This document shows, in pieces, positions 28,131-41,975 of a stretch of 64,000 bases of DNA. The notes under the pieces were generated by a model, which ran no database searches, was not told the DNA's origin, and saw only the letters and a list, made by a program, of their open reading frames with translations. The stretch comes from the human T2T-CHM13v2.0 reference genome, Homo sapiens. Position numbers and translations under genes: made by a program. Every line of letters starts with the position of its first letter. The first letter of the stretch is position 1. The stretch lies in assembly GCF_009914755.1 (NCBI RefSeq), contig NC_060928.1; one strand, given 5' to 3'.

Positions 28131-31013
28131 CAGTGCTGTCATATTGTGAGTTGTGCCCCATTAATGAGTCAGGAAATCAATGTAATGAGTAACAACCAGC
28201 ATTTAAAAAAACAAGCACAGAGTAAAAAATATCAGATTTATCCCATATTGTAGGATAAGTATTGCTTCATGACATTTTTGTTTCTATTTTATTCAGTGTA
28301 TTGTGTGTTACATTATAAAATATATACCTAATTGTGTGGCATGCTCAAAAGTTTGAAAGCCAGTATTCGAAGGATGGAGTGTGGATTGAGCAGAGAGCAA
28401 AACACTGAGCTGTGGGTCACTGAGACATCTGCAGAGTAGCCAATGAAAGGAATCAGGAAAGAATTGCCAAAGAATTTAATCCAGTGCAGAAACTTGTCAA
28501 ATAACCCAGCCTTTGGAATGGAAGTTTATATCAAGGATTACTGAAACCAGCATACTTGCTTAGAATAACATAATATCTGACAATTTTCACTTTGGTAAAA
28601 TTGCTTCAATTTATGAAATTTTATTTATAAATAGTACTGTTATATTAGAACAATACCTATTCTTAAATGTCTCTAAATAAGATCTTTTATGAATTTAATT
28701 AATACTTTTGGACTGATGTACAATTCTCATCTCTATAATGGAAATAAAATACTTTTAAGGATTGTGAGCATTAGAAGTAATGCACATGTTCTGTGTGCTT
28801 AGCACATAGTAGGTGGACAATAAAATGTATGTAATATTTAAAACTTTATTTACCTAACATTTGTTGAGCTCCTATCAAATTGTAGTCACAAAGATAACTT
28901 ATTTGAAAAAACAAAAAACAAAACACAGGTTAATCATTTGCAGCAGTTATGCACTTTTTGGTCTTCATTATATAATATATAATTTATCTAATATATAATG
29001 TTATGTATACATAATGCCATAGATCTTGACTTGAATTTTGATCACAAAATTTTCAAGCTTTATTTTTTCTGGACTGTGGAGAAGTATGCTTGTTTTTAAT
29101 ATGTTTACTGTTTATCTCTCATTCTCTGTGTTTTATCAAGGCTAAGATATATTCATTAGAATGAAAGTGAAAAAAAAAAACCAGATCTGAATGCCTAAAT
29201 ATTAAACCTATGACTAATTCCACCATTTAAAAATATATTAGAACATTCCTGAGTAATGAAATCAAAGACATAATCTTTTCTTTTTACCCATTTATTCATT
29301 CGGCAAGATTCCCAAGCAAATTGGCACGTCCAGGAAAGAGATGCACACTCTATTTAATATCCTGAAGTTTGTGGTTTTGTCTGCTACTTTCTCACTCCCT
29401 CTCTGCAGAGTGGCACCTGTCAAAGCTGAGAAAGAGTAAATTACTCTATTTCTGTGCTTGGCAGGAATGTAATATGGAGTAACAAGAGCTGTGCCGCAGA
29501 AGCCCTGGAGACAGAAGTTGATTCTATAGTACCTACCTTCTTAAAGCTCGTGACAGAAAATTAGCGAACTAAGGCATTCTGAAGCTAGAAAAGAAAAAAG
29601 AGGAAGGATTTTTTTTTTTTTGCCTGTGATATTTGCATACTTGGAGCAAATACTGGTTCTACTCTCTAAAAAGGCACAGTGCAAGCCAAAAACATCACAT
29701 TTGTACAGGTTTACAAATATTTAATATTTATTTTAAAAATTATATTAGTACATAATAGGGAGACATTATTCAAGGAGAGTAATTTTTTTTTTTATTCTAA
29801 GATCATTAAGTAACATTTTTAATCTCCCAGGGGGAAAACCAACATCTATATTAAAAAAAATACGTTAAGAATCAACAGTACTTTGTTGCATTTTCTCTCA
29901 GGCATCTCATTAATTTTTAGATATCACCATGGGCAGGTTATTGCTATTCTGTTTTGCTGACATTTAGCATTTTATTAAGTGCTAACAGTGAGAAGAGTTT
30001 ATAGAATATGTCTAAAATCCTATTTTCATATTCTTATGTGCCTTACAACGTGGCAAATATAGGCATACTTTTTAAAAGAATATTTCTACATATCTTAAAA
30101 GCTATTAAATAGCATGGCTTTGTTTCCAGTTTTTTAAAAAGTGTTAGGATGAGCCTCGTAATTACTATTTTTTAGACTGTTGGGCAAATGATGAAATCAG
30201 TCATGTTTTCTTTCAAAACTGCTTTCTTGAAACACTTAGGGGTGAGTCTTCTTTTTACTCTCCTACTGTCAGGAGAGTGAGTCCAGAGCAAACTCCTCAA
30301 AAAGACTGTTAATTCCTGGAAAGTGTGGTTGGTCCTTTTTGCCCTAGTGTTGTTACAGATCTCACTTTGTTTGACTGTTTTTAAGGACTTATAGCATAAA
30401 GGTGTTATATTAATAATGAAAATATTTCCAGAGCTCTATTCAGCTTTATAAAAAAACTCTTTGAACTTTGATCTTTAATAAATACCTTTTTGTTTTAAAA
30501 TTATCTCTCAGTGACAAAAATTTTTAAAAAATAAGCTCAGGGAGAAAATGGCATCTGTAAGTTAAAAAGTTGTTGCTTTTACAGTATATAAAATAATTTT
30601 CCCCCAGATAATCTTTTAAGAAGTAACAAATCATGGTATATATCTGTTATATTTTAATAGAAGAAATATAAAATAAAGCAGTAGTGATTATTTGTATTAT
30701 TAAGAAACTTAGATAATACTTTACTGACTATATTTATTTTTTATAATGGATTACAAGTTCCTTAGTTTTAAAAAATGAAGAACTAAGAAGCTTAAAGTGT
30801 TTAGGTCTTGTTTCAGATTTTTTTAAAAAAGGGATTTAAAATATTAAAGAAAATTTAGTATGATGAAGGTTTTCTAAAATTAAGTGTACACTAACATTTT
30901 GAATACACTTAAAAGACAAGAGGTGCATGTGTACTTTTTAACAGCTTTTAAAGTAATTTTCCTTCTAATATGTCATGTTTCTGGTACGTATTTCCATGGT
31001 GAATACTTTTAAA

Positions 31014-31046
31014 GAGTGCCATCTAGTGTCAGTTTTGGAATTGTAA
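31014..31046 (-). promoter_or_regulatory. Candidate CTCF site with upstream motif
   Basis: Minus strand ttacaattcc-aaaact-gacactagatggcactc resembles CTCF U motif plus core. Confidence 0.55.
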
Positions 31047-31560
31047 TTTATGTATTAGAACATTAGGAATTTTTGACCCGGGAAATGTATAAACATAAAA
31101 AGACAGGACAATTGATAAAAACCTTAAGGAATATGACTTGAAAATAGCCATGAAGAATCTGACCTCAAGACTGTGTGTGTTTGCACCTTTAACCAGTATG
31201 TATATTTATCTCTGCTTTCATTTGTCAAATACTGCTTGCTTATATATATAATAAACCTATAAAGCAGTGAACAAAAAATTTTTACTCATGGAACATTCTA
31301 GTTAGAGGAGACAAATAATAACATATAGTATATCACCATAGCAATAAGCGCTAGGAAGAAAAAACATAGATGGAAATAGAAAGGTTTTTTTCAGGGAGCG
31401 TGGGGATTGGGGTTTGTGATTTAAATTGAGTAGTCAGGGAGGATCTCAGTAAGAAGTTGCCATTGAATAAATAAATACCTGAAGGAAGTGAGGAAGTGTT
31501 CTAGGTACTGGAAACACCAAATGCAAAGGCCCTGATGTGAGAATGTACCTAGTGTTTTAG

Positions 31561-31901
31561 CAAGGGTCCCCAACCCCTGGGCCCAGGACTAGTATCCATC
31601 TGTGGCCTGTTAGGAACCCCACCTCAAAGTGGGAGGTGAGTGGCAGGTGAGCCAGCATTACTGCCTGAATGGCGCCTCCTGTCAGATCAGCAGCGGCATC
31701 AGATTCTCATAGGAGCTCCAACCCTCTTAACTGCACGCAGGAGGGATCTAGGTTGCACTCTCCTTATGAGAATCTAATGCCTGATGATCTGAGGTGAAAC
31801 AGTTTCATCTGGAAACCATCCCCATCCCCCCACCAACCTTCCATGGAAAAACTGTCTTTCATGAAACTGGTCCGTGGTGCCAAGAATGTTGGAGATGGCT
31901 G
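31561..31901 (+). mobile_element. MER1B-like hAT element inserted in L2
   Basis: caagggtccccaacccc...ggtgccaagaatgttggagatggctg; shares core with the MER1A copy. Confidence 0.85.
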
Positions 31902-32758
31902 TTTTAGAGGAATAACAATCTACTTTGGCTGGAGCAGTGAGCAATGAAGAAAGTTAATGAGACAAACTCTGAGACATAAAGGAGGATTAGATCAAGGAGA
32001 TTTTTGTAGGCTGTTGCAGAAACTTTGGCTTTTCTCTAAGGAGGGTGGGAAGACCTTGGAGGGTTTGGTTATGGGGGTGTGAAGGAAAAGAATGGTGTAA
32101 CCTGAGATGGGAAGACACATAAGGAGCAGGTTTGAGGGGTGGGAGAGAATAAGGAACTGGATTTTGGACAGGTTAACTTTAAGATAGCTATCAGTATCCA
32201 TGTTATGGGGAAATTTAAATATTTTTATATTATGATTCAGCACTCAGCAGCTATCACTTACTTGAGGAGAATCCACTTCTCCTGAAAGAACGAATATCCC
32301 CTCCCTATTATTTTGTAGGGTCGTAAAAAAGAAGCAGTATGGAAGGACCAGCACTGTCAAAACTTCTCAAGGATATTATCCCCAGACAGCTCTCAGTATT
32401 TTTGGTTAATTTATTTCCCCTTCTATTTATCTCCTGTTCTCACATATAGTGAGACCCCAAAATACTTGATTGGGAGGGCTCTATTGCAAAGCACTGGGGT
32501 TTGCTCATTTTAAAGGAGCTGGGTGTAATATTTCCTCTAATGCTAGTTAATTGCACAGGGTGGAATTTTTTTCTTTTGGAAGTCATTTAGTCAGTCTTCA
32601 GAAACAAACCTTATAGCATTATTATCTACTGCAAATTTTTACTGATTTCTAGAACAGGCTTTTGAAACATTCATCTTTTATTTTAGCTTCTAAATGATTA
32701 TATTCTAAGACCATAATCACTTCAATTTATACTTTAGGTGACCCAATGAAAGAAGAAA

Positions 32759-33184
32759 ATGAAAGCCATAAAGAAAAGTCTTACAGAAGAAGAATACCTG
32801 TACCTGGACTTTTCTCACCAAACAGAAGGATGCATCTTTCCTCTTCATACATCTGTAACTTTATTTCTGTTATCTTACTGTGACTGTAAAATCTTTAAAA
32901 TTTGCTTAGTTGTCACCAAAGAGGTGAGTAGAGATAGTTCACTACTAAGAGATGACCTGATCCAGGATGTTGAAATACAGATTATTTCAAGGCAGGAGCT
33001 CCCACCAATAGTCCAAAATTGCTGTTTGCCTGCAGTAGTAGAACGATCAGACAATTTTTGTAGAGCAGGACTTGCTGTTGTATTGAGACACATAATCCAG
33101 AAATCCTATGAAGCAGACCCCTTAAAGAAGGAACTTTTGGAACTTCTGGGCTTTAAAAAGACTTGCTTGAAAGCCTGTGCTGAA
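32759..33184 (+). CDS. GSTCD: GSTCD first coding segment (MKAIKKSLTEEEYLYLDF...KACAE, 142 codons); exon begins at 32738
   Basis: tttag| acceptor, aaaATG preceded by in-frame TGA at 32747, GAA|gtaagt donor. Confidence 0.95.
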
Positions 33185-33329
33185 GTAAGTATAATGTCTT
33201 TTTTCTGTTATTTGAAGCTACACAGTGATAACATAATTACCTGACCATTTAATATTTTAACTTCCTATTAGGAATAAAAGTTTATTTATTTTAAAAAACC
33301 CCAGTAACCAATGAAATAAAGTAGCCCTT

Positions 33330-33742
33330 TGATATAGTTTGAATATTTATCCCCTCCAAATTTCATGTTGAAATGTGATCCCCAATGTTGTTGGAGGTGG
33401 GACCTGGTAGGAGGTGTTTGGGTCGTGGGGGCAGATGCCTCGTAAATGGCTTGGTGCTCTCACTGGGGTAATGAGTGAGTTCTTGCTCTATTAGTTCATG
33501 AGAGATCTAGCTGTTGAAAAGCGCCTGGTACCTCTTCCTTGCTCTCTCTTGCACCCTCTCTCCCCATGTGACATGCCTGCACTCCCTTTGCCTTCTACCA
33601 TGACTAAAAGCTTCCTGAGGTCCTGATCAGAAGCAGATGCTTCTTATATAGCCTGCAGAACCATGAGCCAAATAAACCTCTTTCCTTTATAAATTACTCA
33701 GCCTCACCTATTCCTTTACAGCAATGCAAATGGGCTAATATA
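33330..33742 (+). mobile_element. MaLR solo LTR (MSTB-like)
   Basis: tgatatagtttg...gggctaatata; 5-bp TSD ccctt; AATAAA at 33671. Confidence 0.9.
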
Positions 33743-34204
33743 CCCTTTACGTGTGTCAATATTTCAGTGCAGTATTGAAAAATAAGAATTTAAGTCTTAA
33801 TTTATAAAGTTTGGAGACATTTTTAGAAAATAACTCTTTTTTCTTTATTTTAGTTATGTTGATTTTTAAATGGAATGTTTACATATAAATAGGAGCTCAA
33901 ATAGCAATGCTTTGGAAGCCCTGCTTATTGTGGGGGCTAGGAGGAGGGTAGGACAGGGGAGGTATATTGTAAAGGCTTTGGGAAGTAATGATTTATTTAG
34001 TAAGGGGAATACAGGAATGCTAAACTTCTTTTGCTTAATGTTTTTACTTCTGAAGCACTGTGATGTGTCTCCTGATACAACATAAAAGCCTAGCCCAGGG
34101 ATGATTGAGCTCAAAACTTATTTCCCAATAAGACAGTTATTTTTTCTAAAGTTATATTGAAATTAAAAAATCTTTTCATTTCTTGTTTTGTTTTTGTTTT
34201 GTAG

Positions 34205-34672
34205 GTTAGTCAGTGGACCAGGCTATGTGAACTCACCATCCCTTTGGCTATTGAGAATTTTCTCAGAGAATCTTCTGACCAGCCCCCAACTATACCTGTA
34301 GAAATACTACAGCTAGAGAAAAAGCTTAGTGAGCCTGTTAGAGTGCATAATGATGATAAACTCCGCAGGCAGAAGCTCAAGCAACAGAAGGCTGATGGAG
34401 TTGGGCCTCCCCTTACTAAGGGAAAGGCAAAGAGCAAGGTCCACACACAGGAAACATCTGAAGGGTTGGATTCTTCATCCAAGAGTCTGGAACTGAAAGT
34501 GGCATTCTCAAAGCTCACAGTACAGGAAGAACCAGCTACTACCAACAGAGAGCCTTCTCACATCAGAAAAGCAAAAGCCTCCGACCTTCCACCTCTGGAG
34601 CATGTGTTTGCAGAAGGGCTTTACTTCACTCTGGCAGATATTGTGCTCTTGCCCTGTATCCATCATTTCTTG
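34205..34672 (+). CDS. GSTCD: GSTCD coding exon (VSQWTRLCELTIP...FTLADIVLLPCIHHFL, 156 codons)
   Basis: 468 nt, long T tract gtag|, TTG|gtaagg; TLADI is the GST C-terminal N-capping box motif. Confidence 0.96.
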
Positions 34673-35032
34673 GTAAGGTTTCATCTGGACTGTACACATT
34701 ACTATGAGTTTCAGTCTATGAAATTGCCTAGGTTTGAATTTCTGTTTTACTTTTTATTGTCAATATGCTGCTAGGAAAGTTATTAATATCTTTCTCCATT
34801 TTCTTATCTGTAAAATGGTGATAATAATAGTACCTATCTAAAAGGAAAAATGTAAGGAACAAATTAAAGTTTGTGTGAAGTATGGAGAACAGTGCTTGGC
34901 ACATAGTAAGCTCTCAATCAAAGTTAGTAATTACTATGACTTTTAATGTGAAGTTGCTAAAATGTTAACAATTGTTATTATTAATTTCAAGTTTCTGTTG
35001 TGATTACTTTCTAATAGTAGAAGGTCCAAGTC

Positions 35033-35069
35033 GGCTCTGTGGTGCAATGGATACTCCGTTGGACGTCTA
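35033..35069 (+). pseudogene. tRNA-Arg(TCT) 5'-half fragment
   Basis: ggctctgtggtgcaatggatactccgttggacgtcta matches 31/37 to the recalled human tRNA-Arg-TCT 5' exon; TCT at anticodon position; no T-arm/B-box. Confidence 0.75.
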
Positions 35070-35292
35070 CTATTAGAGGGTGCAGTTAAAAAAAAAAAAA
35101 CTAAAAATCTTGTCAGCTAAATTTTATAATGAATTGTTAGTCACTTAAATTAATCTTATGTTAGGTATTATCAAACTGAAAATATTTTATTCTGACCTGT
35201 GTGCTTTTCTCTATTCTCTCTGAGAGTAAAGTAGCTGGCTCTGTTATTATGTGCTGGGGGAGAATAGATAGAACGTTTTCTGAGTAGGAAGA

Positions 35293-35362
35293 TCTCTCTC
35301 TCTCTCTCTCTGTCTGTCTTACATACACACACTCACACACGCACACACGTGTGCACACACAC
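35293..35362. repeat. Compound (CT)n/(CA)n microsatellite
   Basis: Seen directly. Confidence 0.9.
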
Positions 35363-36115
35363 ATTCCCTCTGTGGAGGAAAAAAGAACAGGGTGAAAATA
35401 ATACCAGAGTGAACATAGGAAGCTTAGCTCTCTGCAGCCTTCCAATTGGTTTTCAAGAGCTGCATTGCTTTTTGCTTTTGTTTGGGTTTTTTTCTTGGAA
35501 GCATTTCCCCCTTTTCCCTACTAAGGAATCAGATATTAGATTTCATTCTCATTATATATCACCAACAATTCAGGTATCTCTATGGACAGAAGAGACTGCT
35601 ATCGAAAATCTATGTATTTGAAGGCTTTGCTTCACAAGTAAACTCGGCAGTATTCATCAATTGTCATTTTCTTAAAGAACATTTCTCTTTTCCTCAAAAT
35701 TGAACCAAATTTGGCAACCAAAACAATATAAAAAGAGAGAGATCCAGGAATTGTTTAGATGTTGATTGCTATTTTAAATGCCAGATGTCATATGTCTTCA
35801 CAGAGTCCATGGAGTTGAGTGGGAAGAAGACATTGATTTTTAAATTTTTTCCTAGTCAGATGATTCCTAGGTTCTCTTCTCCATGATCCCTCTCTTCTAT
35901 TACCAAGTTCCGTCATTAGAGCAGTCATTTGATACATTATGAAGTACTTGGTCTTCTGTCTTCTTGACTTCTTTGGATAACTGTGTTTCCAGTTTCACCA
36001 GAATTGAATGAAAGTGGCATATCCATTCCTTTATTGAAGAAATTTATTAAAATTATTTGAATACATAAACTAATTCTCAAAATATTTTCCTTCGTTCCTT
36101 TGTATTTTTACTGGA

Positions 36116-36368
<253 letters not shown>

Positions 36369-38465
36369 ATGTTTTCCAGAATTCATCCTTCTTTGATAAA
36401 CCCTTGATATTTGTTATATTTTTCTCTTTAAATCATCTTGGGTAATAAAGTAGTCATTTTAATTCATATAGTGGTTATGTTGGCAAGCCTTTTTGCTTGC
36501 ATTAACATACATTGAGGTGAATGGAGTGGCCATCCAAATGATCAGAATCAGGATCAAGTTCAACATCCGTAATCAAGGTCAAGTTACCAGAAACATAAAA
36601 CTGAATCTAGGGACAGAATATTTAGTCGCAGGAATAAAGTCAAGGACATAAAAGTAAGAGTCAATTTTGCTAAATCAAGGTTTGAATTACTAAGGGTCAA
36701 AATTAGAAGAACTAGGGAAAATACCCAGTTCTGCTAAACAGAATAAAACCAAAGATGGAAAACAATAACAAGTAGAATCGATGAGGTGTTTTTTTTGTTT
36801 TTTTTTAATTTGTCAGAGACAAACATGGAAATGCTAAGGTATTATATATAAACCTGCTGCAAGCTCTTCCTTTTCAGAAAATACTTTATTACTTTACAGA
36901 GTTAACCCCTGATGGCTCAGCACCTCATAAGGAAAGGGGCCTGACGATACCCTCTCCTCTGAAAAGTCTTAGAAATAGATTTAAAAGGAATAAATTAATA
37001 TGTACACTCATGTTTCCCCCCATTCAATTTATTTGCTAGAATTTTCTAGTAGATAGCGTATCAACATTATGGGAGAAATAGCAATGAATAGCTATACTAG
37101 GGCAAAATCCTACTGTTCCAATACTAGAAGATTGTATATTATTTTTCAGTTGCTACTAGTAAGCAAGTACACTTTGACAGAAATATTTAAAACATTATTG
37201 TACGCCTATAAGACAGAAAGTTGCATTTTATCATTTTATAAAATCTTGTAATTTGACCACTTATGATTTAATTTTCTACATTTTAACTTCTAATGCTTTG
37301 AATTGAGTTTAAATACACACATACACACACACACACAGACATCTTTATTAGCTTAGGTAAAATCATTCCTCTTTTAGAAATTGATTTTTTAGCAAAACTA
37401 AATACCTCTTCCTGTGTTCCCATCGGCATAAAATTGGGAACCTCACTTTTTGCTGGCATATTGCAAAAATGGTTGATGCCACTTATTTAGTGGTAAATTT
37501 GTATTTTCTGTGTCTATTCCTATTCATTAGGTCCTCAAGAGCTTTTAGCTTTAACTCACTAGTTCTAATTTATAAGTAAAAAACAGAGAGCTGGGATTAT
37601 ATTTTCATTTAGATAGGTTGTTTACTGTTTTTTCTCTGCTTACACTGCTCACCTAAACATCTGTGAGTATATTTTCAAAAAAGGAAGTATGACTAAGGAA
37701 ATGATATAAAATAAGAACAAATATTTTATATAGTAAGTGATTGTAAAGGAATGCAAAGGAGGAGATATTTTGAATAGATGCAACATCTTGCTTCTCTTTT
37801 TATTCTGACAAATTTTTCTGCCCTTTATTGACAATTAACTACAGAGTTACTAAAATTTTATTTTTGCTTTGATAGCTATGCTTTTTTTTTAAACCTTTGT
37901 TTTAAAAATAGATCATCTTTTTTTTTTCTTGTCCTTAAAGAACTCTGTGATATTTATAATGGTTTTGATCTTATGAGCCAGGTAACTATTTGGTAATCAT
38001 TCCTTATGAAGAAATTTAATTTTCATTTCACAGAGTTTTCATTAGCAACTTCCTTAAATATATCTTCATGAGTGTAATGAATGTGGTTCAGTACCTTCTG
38101 AGCTATCTGGATATTAGTAGAGTGGCCTGGCATGTTGATAAATGGAGTGACCTGTCAGAGTAAACCTCCTCAATTTCTTGTAAACATGAATTATTGTTAT
38201 TTAATTGCAACTTCATTTCAAAAGAAAGGAAAGATGCCACGTACATCTAACAAATAAAAATAAGTCACTAGAACGAAGAGTACAGGAAAGATGAGGAAAA
38301 GAGAAAATTTCTTGTGTGATTATCATGTCTAAAGATCCATTCCCTTAGCACCTAATCTATTTCCAAGCAATTCACAATTCTTGAGAGAATTAATAAACTT
38401 TTTGGCTCTCAGGGTACCTTAGAGAGTATTTTTCAAACTTTTTTTTTACTTTAACTCAGTAAATA

Positions 38466-38803
38466 CAGATGGCCTTCCATATCCATTGGTTCTGTATTCA
38501 TGTATTCAACCAACCGCAGATTTAAAATATTTGGAAAAAAAATTGCATCTGTACTGAACATGTACTGACTTTTTTCTTGTCGTGATCCCCTAAACAATAC
38601 AGAATAACAATTATTTGCACAGTGTTTATATTGTATTAGGTATTAGAAGTAATCTAGGATTTAAAGTATAGGAGAGGATGTGTATAGGTTATATGCAAAT
38701 ACTATACCATTTTATATCAAGGACATGAGTATGAGTATCTGTGGATTTGGGTTTCTGATACAGGTCTTGGAACCAATCCTCCATGGATACTGAGGGACAA
38801 CTG
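38466..38803. mobile_element. MER2-like TcMar-Tigger element
   Basis: ta|cagatggcc...gagggacaactg|ta, TA TSD and degenerate TIRs. Confidence 0.85.
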
Positions 38804-40339
38804 TAATACATTTTACAAGTTGGATAATTATAGAAATAAATGTATATCTTTAAATAATATGTAAAAAAATATATAAATAATTACAAAATAACTTATAGGA
38901 TGTGTACTCTGATATTTTCTATTTCATTTTTTAAAAACCTACTATGTTGATTTCACAACCCCTAAATGAGTGATAAATAGCAACTTGAAAAATACTGACT
39001 GAGGGGATTACTCTCTGAAGGTAACAAATGGATTCTTTATCATTTGTTCATTCACTCAACAGGGTATTATTTGCAAGGCAGTGTTTTAAGTGCTTCAGTA
39101 TTCAAAGAGAGTTACAGTCCTTGTTCTTATAATCAATTACTTGTGCTCATTTAATCTTAAAGTCCACTTAAAATACAGTATAATATATATGTATGAATTT
39201 TTTATTTTCTGTCCTTTCTGTCTCATGCTCTGATATTATTGTGAAATATATCTGTAGAGATTTCCTGTGACTTGACCTTTTTATTTAAAGGTCATAATCT
39301 GTTCATAATCTGTTCATAATCATAAGTCATAATGTGTTTGAGACATCATAATGGTTTCTACGGAAACATTTGTTGCCTCTCAAAGAAGCAAGAACACTCT
39401 AAATTTTCAAGAAAATAGAATTTGGTGGTAGTGCTAGGGAGAAAGCATCTGACCAAGAGAAAACAAAAATATATGAGTTTGTATCAGGAAGAACAATTTA
39501 AAATTTTTCTAATTTGAAAAAATAAAAGTCTTACTTTAAGTGCTGCTTTATAAAAAAAAAATTCTATAGTGCTAGTTATCTTTTTTAGTTTTAAATATTT
39601 ACAATTTTCTCTTTTATCTTTTTACTATTTTCTTTAGTAAAATGTTCTCCTTACCTCATTGTGTAATTTTTAAAAATATGGTTCTGAAAGATGCTTCTTA
39701 CATTATTGGTAAGGAATATCATTTAGATTATGCCTAATAGTTCACACATACAGAGAAGGTAGTTTCACAAACACAAAAAAATGGAACTTTAGATCATTAT
39801 TAATAGTACAAGCTCTCCATTTTTACACTTCTGCAGTGAGCTACAAAATTTCTATGAGACCCCTCAAAATACATCAATGATTGCAGACTACAGATATTAA
39901 ATTGTGATAATTTAAACGTGTTACATTATTTGTGTTGAGGAATTTAATACTTATTTTAATTCTTTCCCCATTAAACAGTTAAACTAATTTGCATAAGTAT
40001 ATATTAAGGATTTTAGGTTTTTGATATAATGTTGTCCAATTAACTCTCTATATGCAGTGTGTTAAGAACTTATCAAGTATATAGAGGGTCAGGAACAGAG
40101 GAATGTGTTCATGGCCATGAATTATAGATGAAAGGGTTTCCAGATTGGAATGCAGTTGATTATAGAGGAGTTCTTAGAGAGGGGTAAAAACATACTACCA
40201 ATGAAAGATGTAGACAATTGAATATAAGATGTAAAGTTTTCCAAAATGATTTTCAGTTGTACTGTTTATAGACATTTGCAAATGCCATTGTTATTTATAT
40301 TGATTCTTTTTGGAATTATTGTATTCTTCTTTTTCTATT

Positions 40340-40835
40340 GATGGTTGTTTTCCATTGTATAGCTGTACCACAGTTTATCCATTCATCTACTGAAGGGCAT
40401 CTTGGTTAATTCCAAGTTTTGGCAATTATGAATAAAGATGCTATTAACATCTATCTGTGTTCAGGTTTTTGTGTGGACATAAATGTTCAACTCATTTGAA
40501 GCACAATTACTGGATTGTATGGTAAGAGTATATTTACCTTTGTAAGGAACTACCAAACTGTCTTTCAAAGTGGCTGTACTATTTTTCATTCCCACCAGCA
40601 GTAAATGAGAGTTCCTGTTGTTCCACATGCGCACCATCATTTGGAGTTGTCAGTGTTTTGGGTTTTTGCCATTCTGATAGGTGGCATTTCCTTGTTTTAA
40701 CTTGTAATTCTCTAATGATATATGATGCTGAGCATTTTTTTTATATACTTAGTTGCCATCTGTGTATCTTTTTTGGTTGTCTACTCAGATCTTTTGCTCA
40801 TTTTAATTGTGTTGTTCATTTTCTCGTTGCTGAGT
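40340..40835 (-). mobile_element. Old L1M ORF2-end/3'UTR fragment
   Basis: ttccaagttttggcaattatgaataaa, cattcccaccagca. Confidence 0.75.
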
Positions 40836-40877
40836 TGCTCCAATTTTTATGCTATGAAATGAATCATAAAAACGTAT

Positions 40878-41680
40878 AAGACACATCACTAAAGAAGATA
40901 CACAAATGGCAAATAATCACATGAAAAGTTGCTCAACATCATTAATCATAGGGAAATGCAAATTAAAATTACAATGAGACACTACTATATACCCACAAGA
41001 ATGACTAAAATCAAACAGACTGATAATACCAAGGTTTGACAAGTTGTGAGGAGATACTGGAACCTCCATGGATTGCTAGTGGGAATTGTAAAATGGAAGG
41101 GCAACCATGGAGAAGATTTTAATTTCTTTAAAAGTTAAATATACAGTTACCATAAAACCTAGCAATTTGACTCTTGGATTTTCAAAGAAATGAAACACAG
41201 TGCCACATAAACACTGCTACATTATAATGTATAGCAACATTATTTATAATAACCAACAACTGGAAACATGCAAATATCTATCAACCAGTGAATGAGTAAG
41301 CAAAATATAGTATATCCACACAATGACTACTAGTCATAATAAAAAGAAACAAACGATTGGTCAATGTAACTATATGGATTAACTTCAAAAGCATAATACT
41401 AAGTGATAGAAGAAAACCACATTTTATGATTCCATTTGTATGAAATTCTAGAAAAGGCAAAATTATAAACACAGAAAGCCGATCAGTGGTTGTCTGCAAC
41501 TGACTGTGGTAGCAGAGATTGAGTGTAAATGGTTACAAGGGAAATTTCGGGGGTGACGTAAGTGTTCTAAAACTAGATGGTTGATAACTGGATACATTTA
41601 CTACAACTCATTGTTTGAACTATACACTTAAATGTGTGAATGTTGTGGTTTGTAAAGTTACCTCAACACAGCTATTATAA
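40878..41680 (+). mobile_element. Old L1M ORF2-end/3'UTR fragment
   Basis: gaagatacacaaatggc...gaaatgcaaattaaaa...tatgattccatttgtatgaaattctag. Confidence 0.78.
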
Positions 41681-41723
41681 ACAAAATATATATAATAATG
41701 TGTTTTATTATTTTCCTACCTAG

Positions 41724-41975
41724 GTAATTATCAGCAGGAAATTTTCTGAGAAGCTGGTAGAATTTCCATTGCTAGCCTCTTGGTACCAGAGGATTCAGGA
41801 AGTGCCAGGAGTAAAAACAGCAGCTTCTAAGTGTGGGATCCAATTTCTCCATTTACCAAAGTTGTTGACAACCTCAACTGAACAGCATCCAAACTTATGT
41901 GAAGTCCCAGGTGTAGAAGAGCAAAGCGATCCTTTATTTATAGGAGGACCAAGACCAACCATGGCCAAGTTAATG
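41724..41975 (+). CDS. GSTCD: GSTCD coding exon (VIISRKFSEKLVEFPLLASWYQRI...PTMAKLM, 84 codons)
   Basis: 252 nt, cctag| and ATG|gtactt; FPLLASWYQRI is a GST-C helix motif; phase 0/0. Confidence 0.95.

Noticed and set aside
29380-29441. Strong polypyrimidine acceptor ctccctctctgcag
   Set aside because: Only a weak nearby donor (aga|gtaaat)
35033-35110. Functional tRNA-Arg gene
   Set aside because: 3' half and B-box absent, D-stem disrupted
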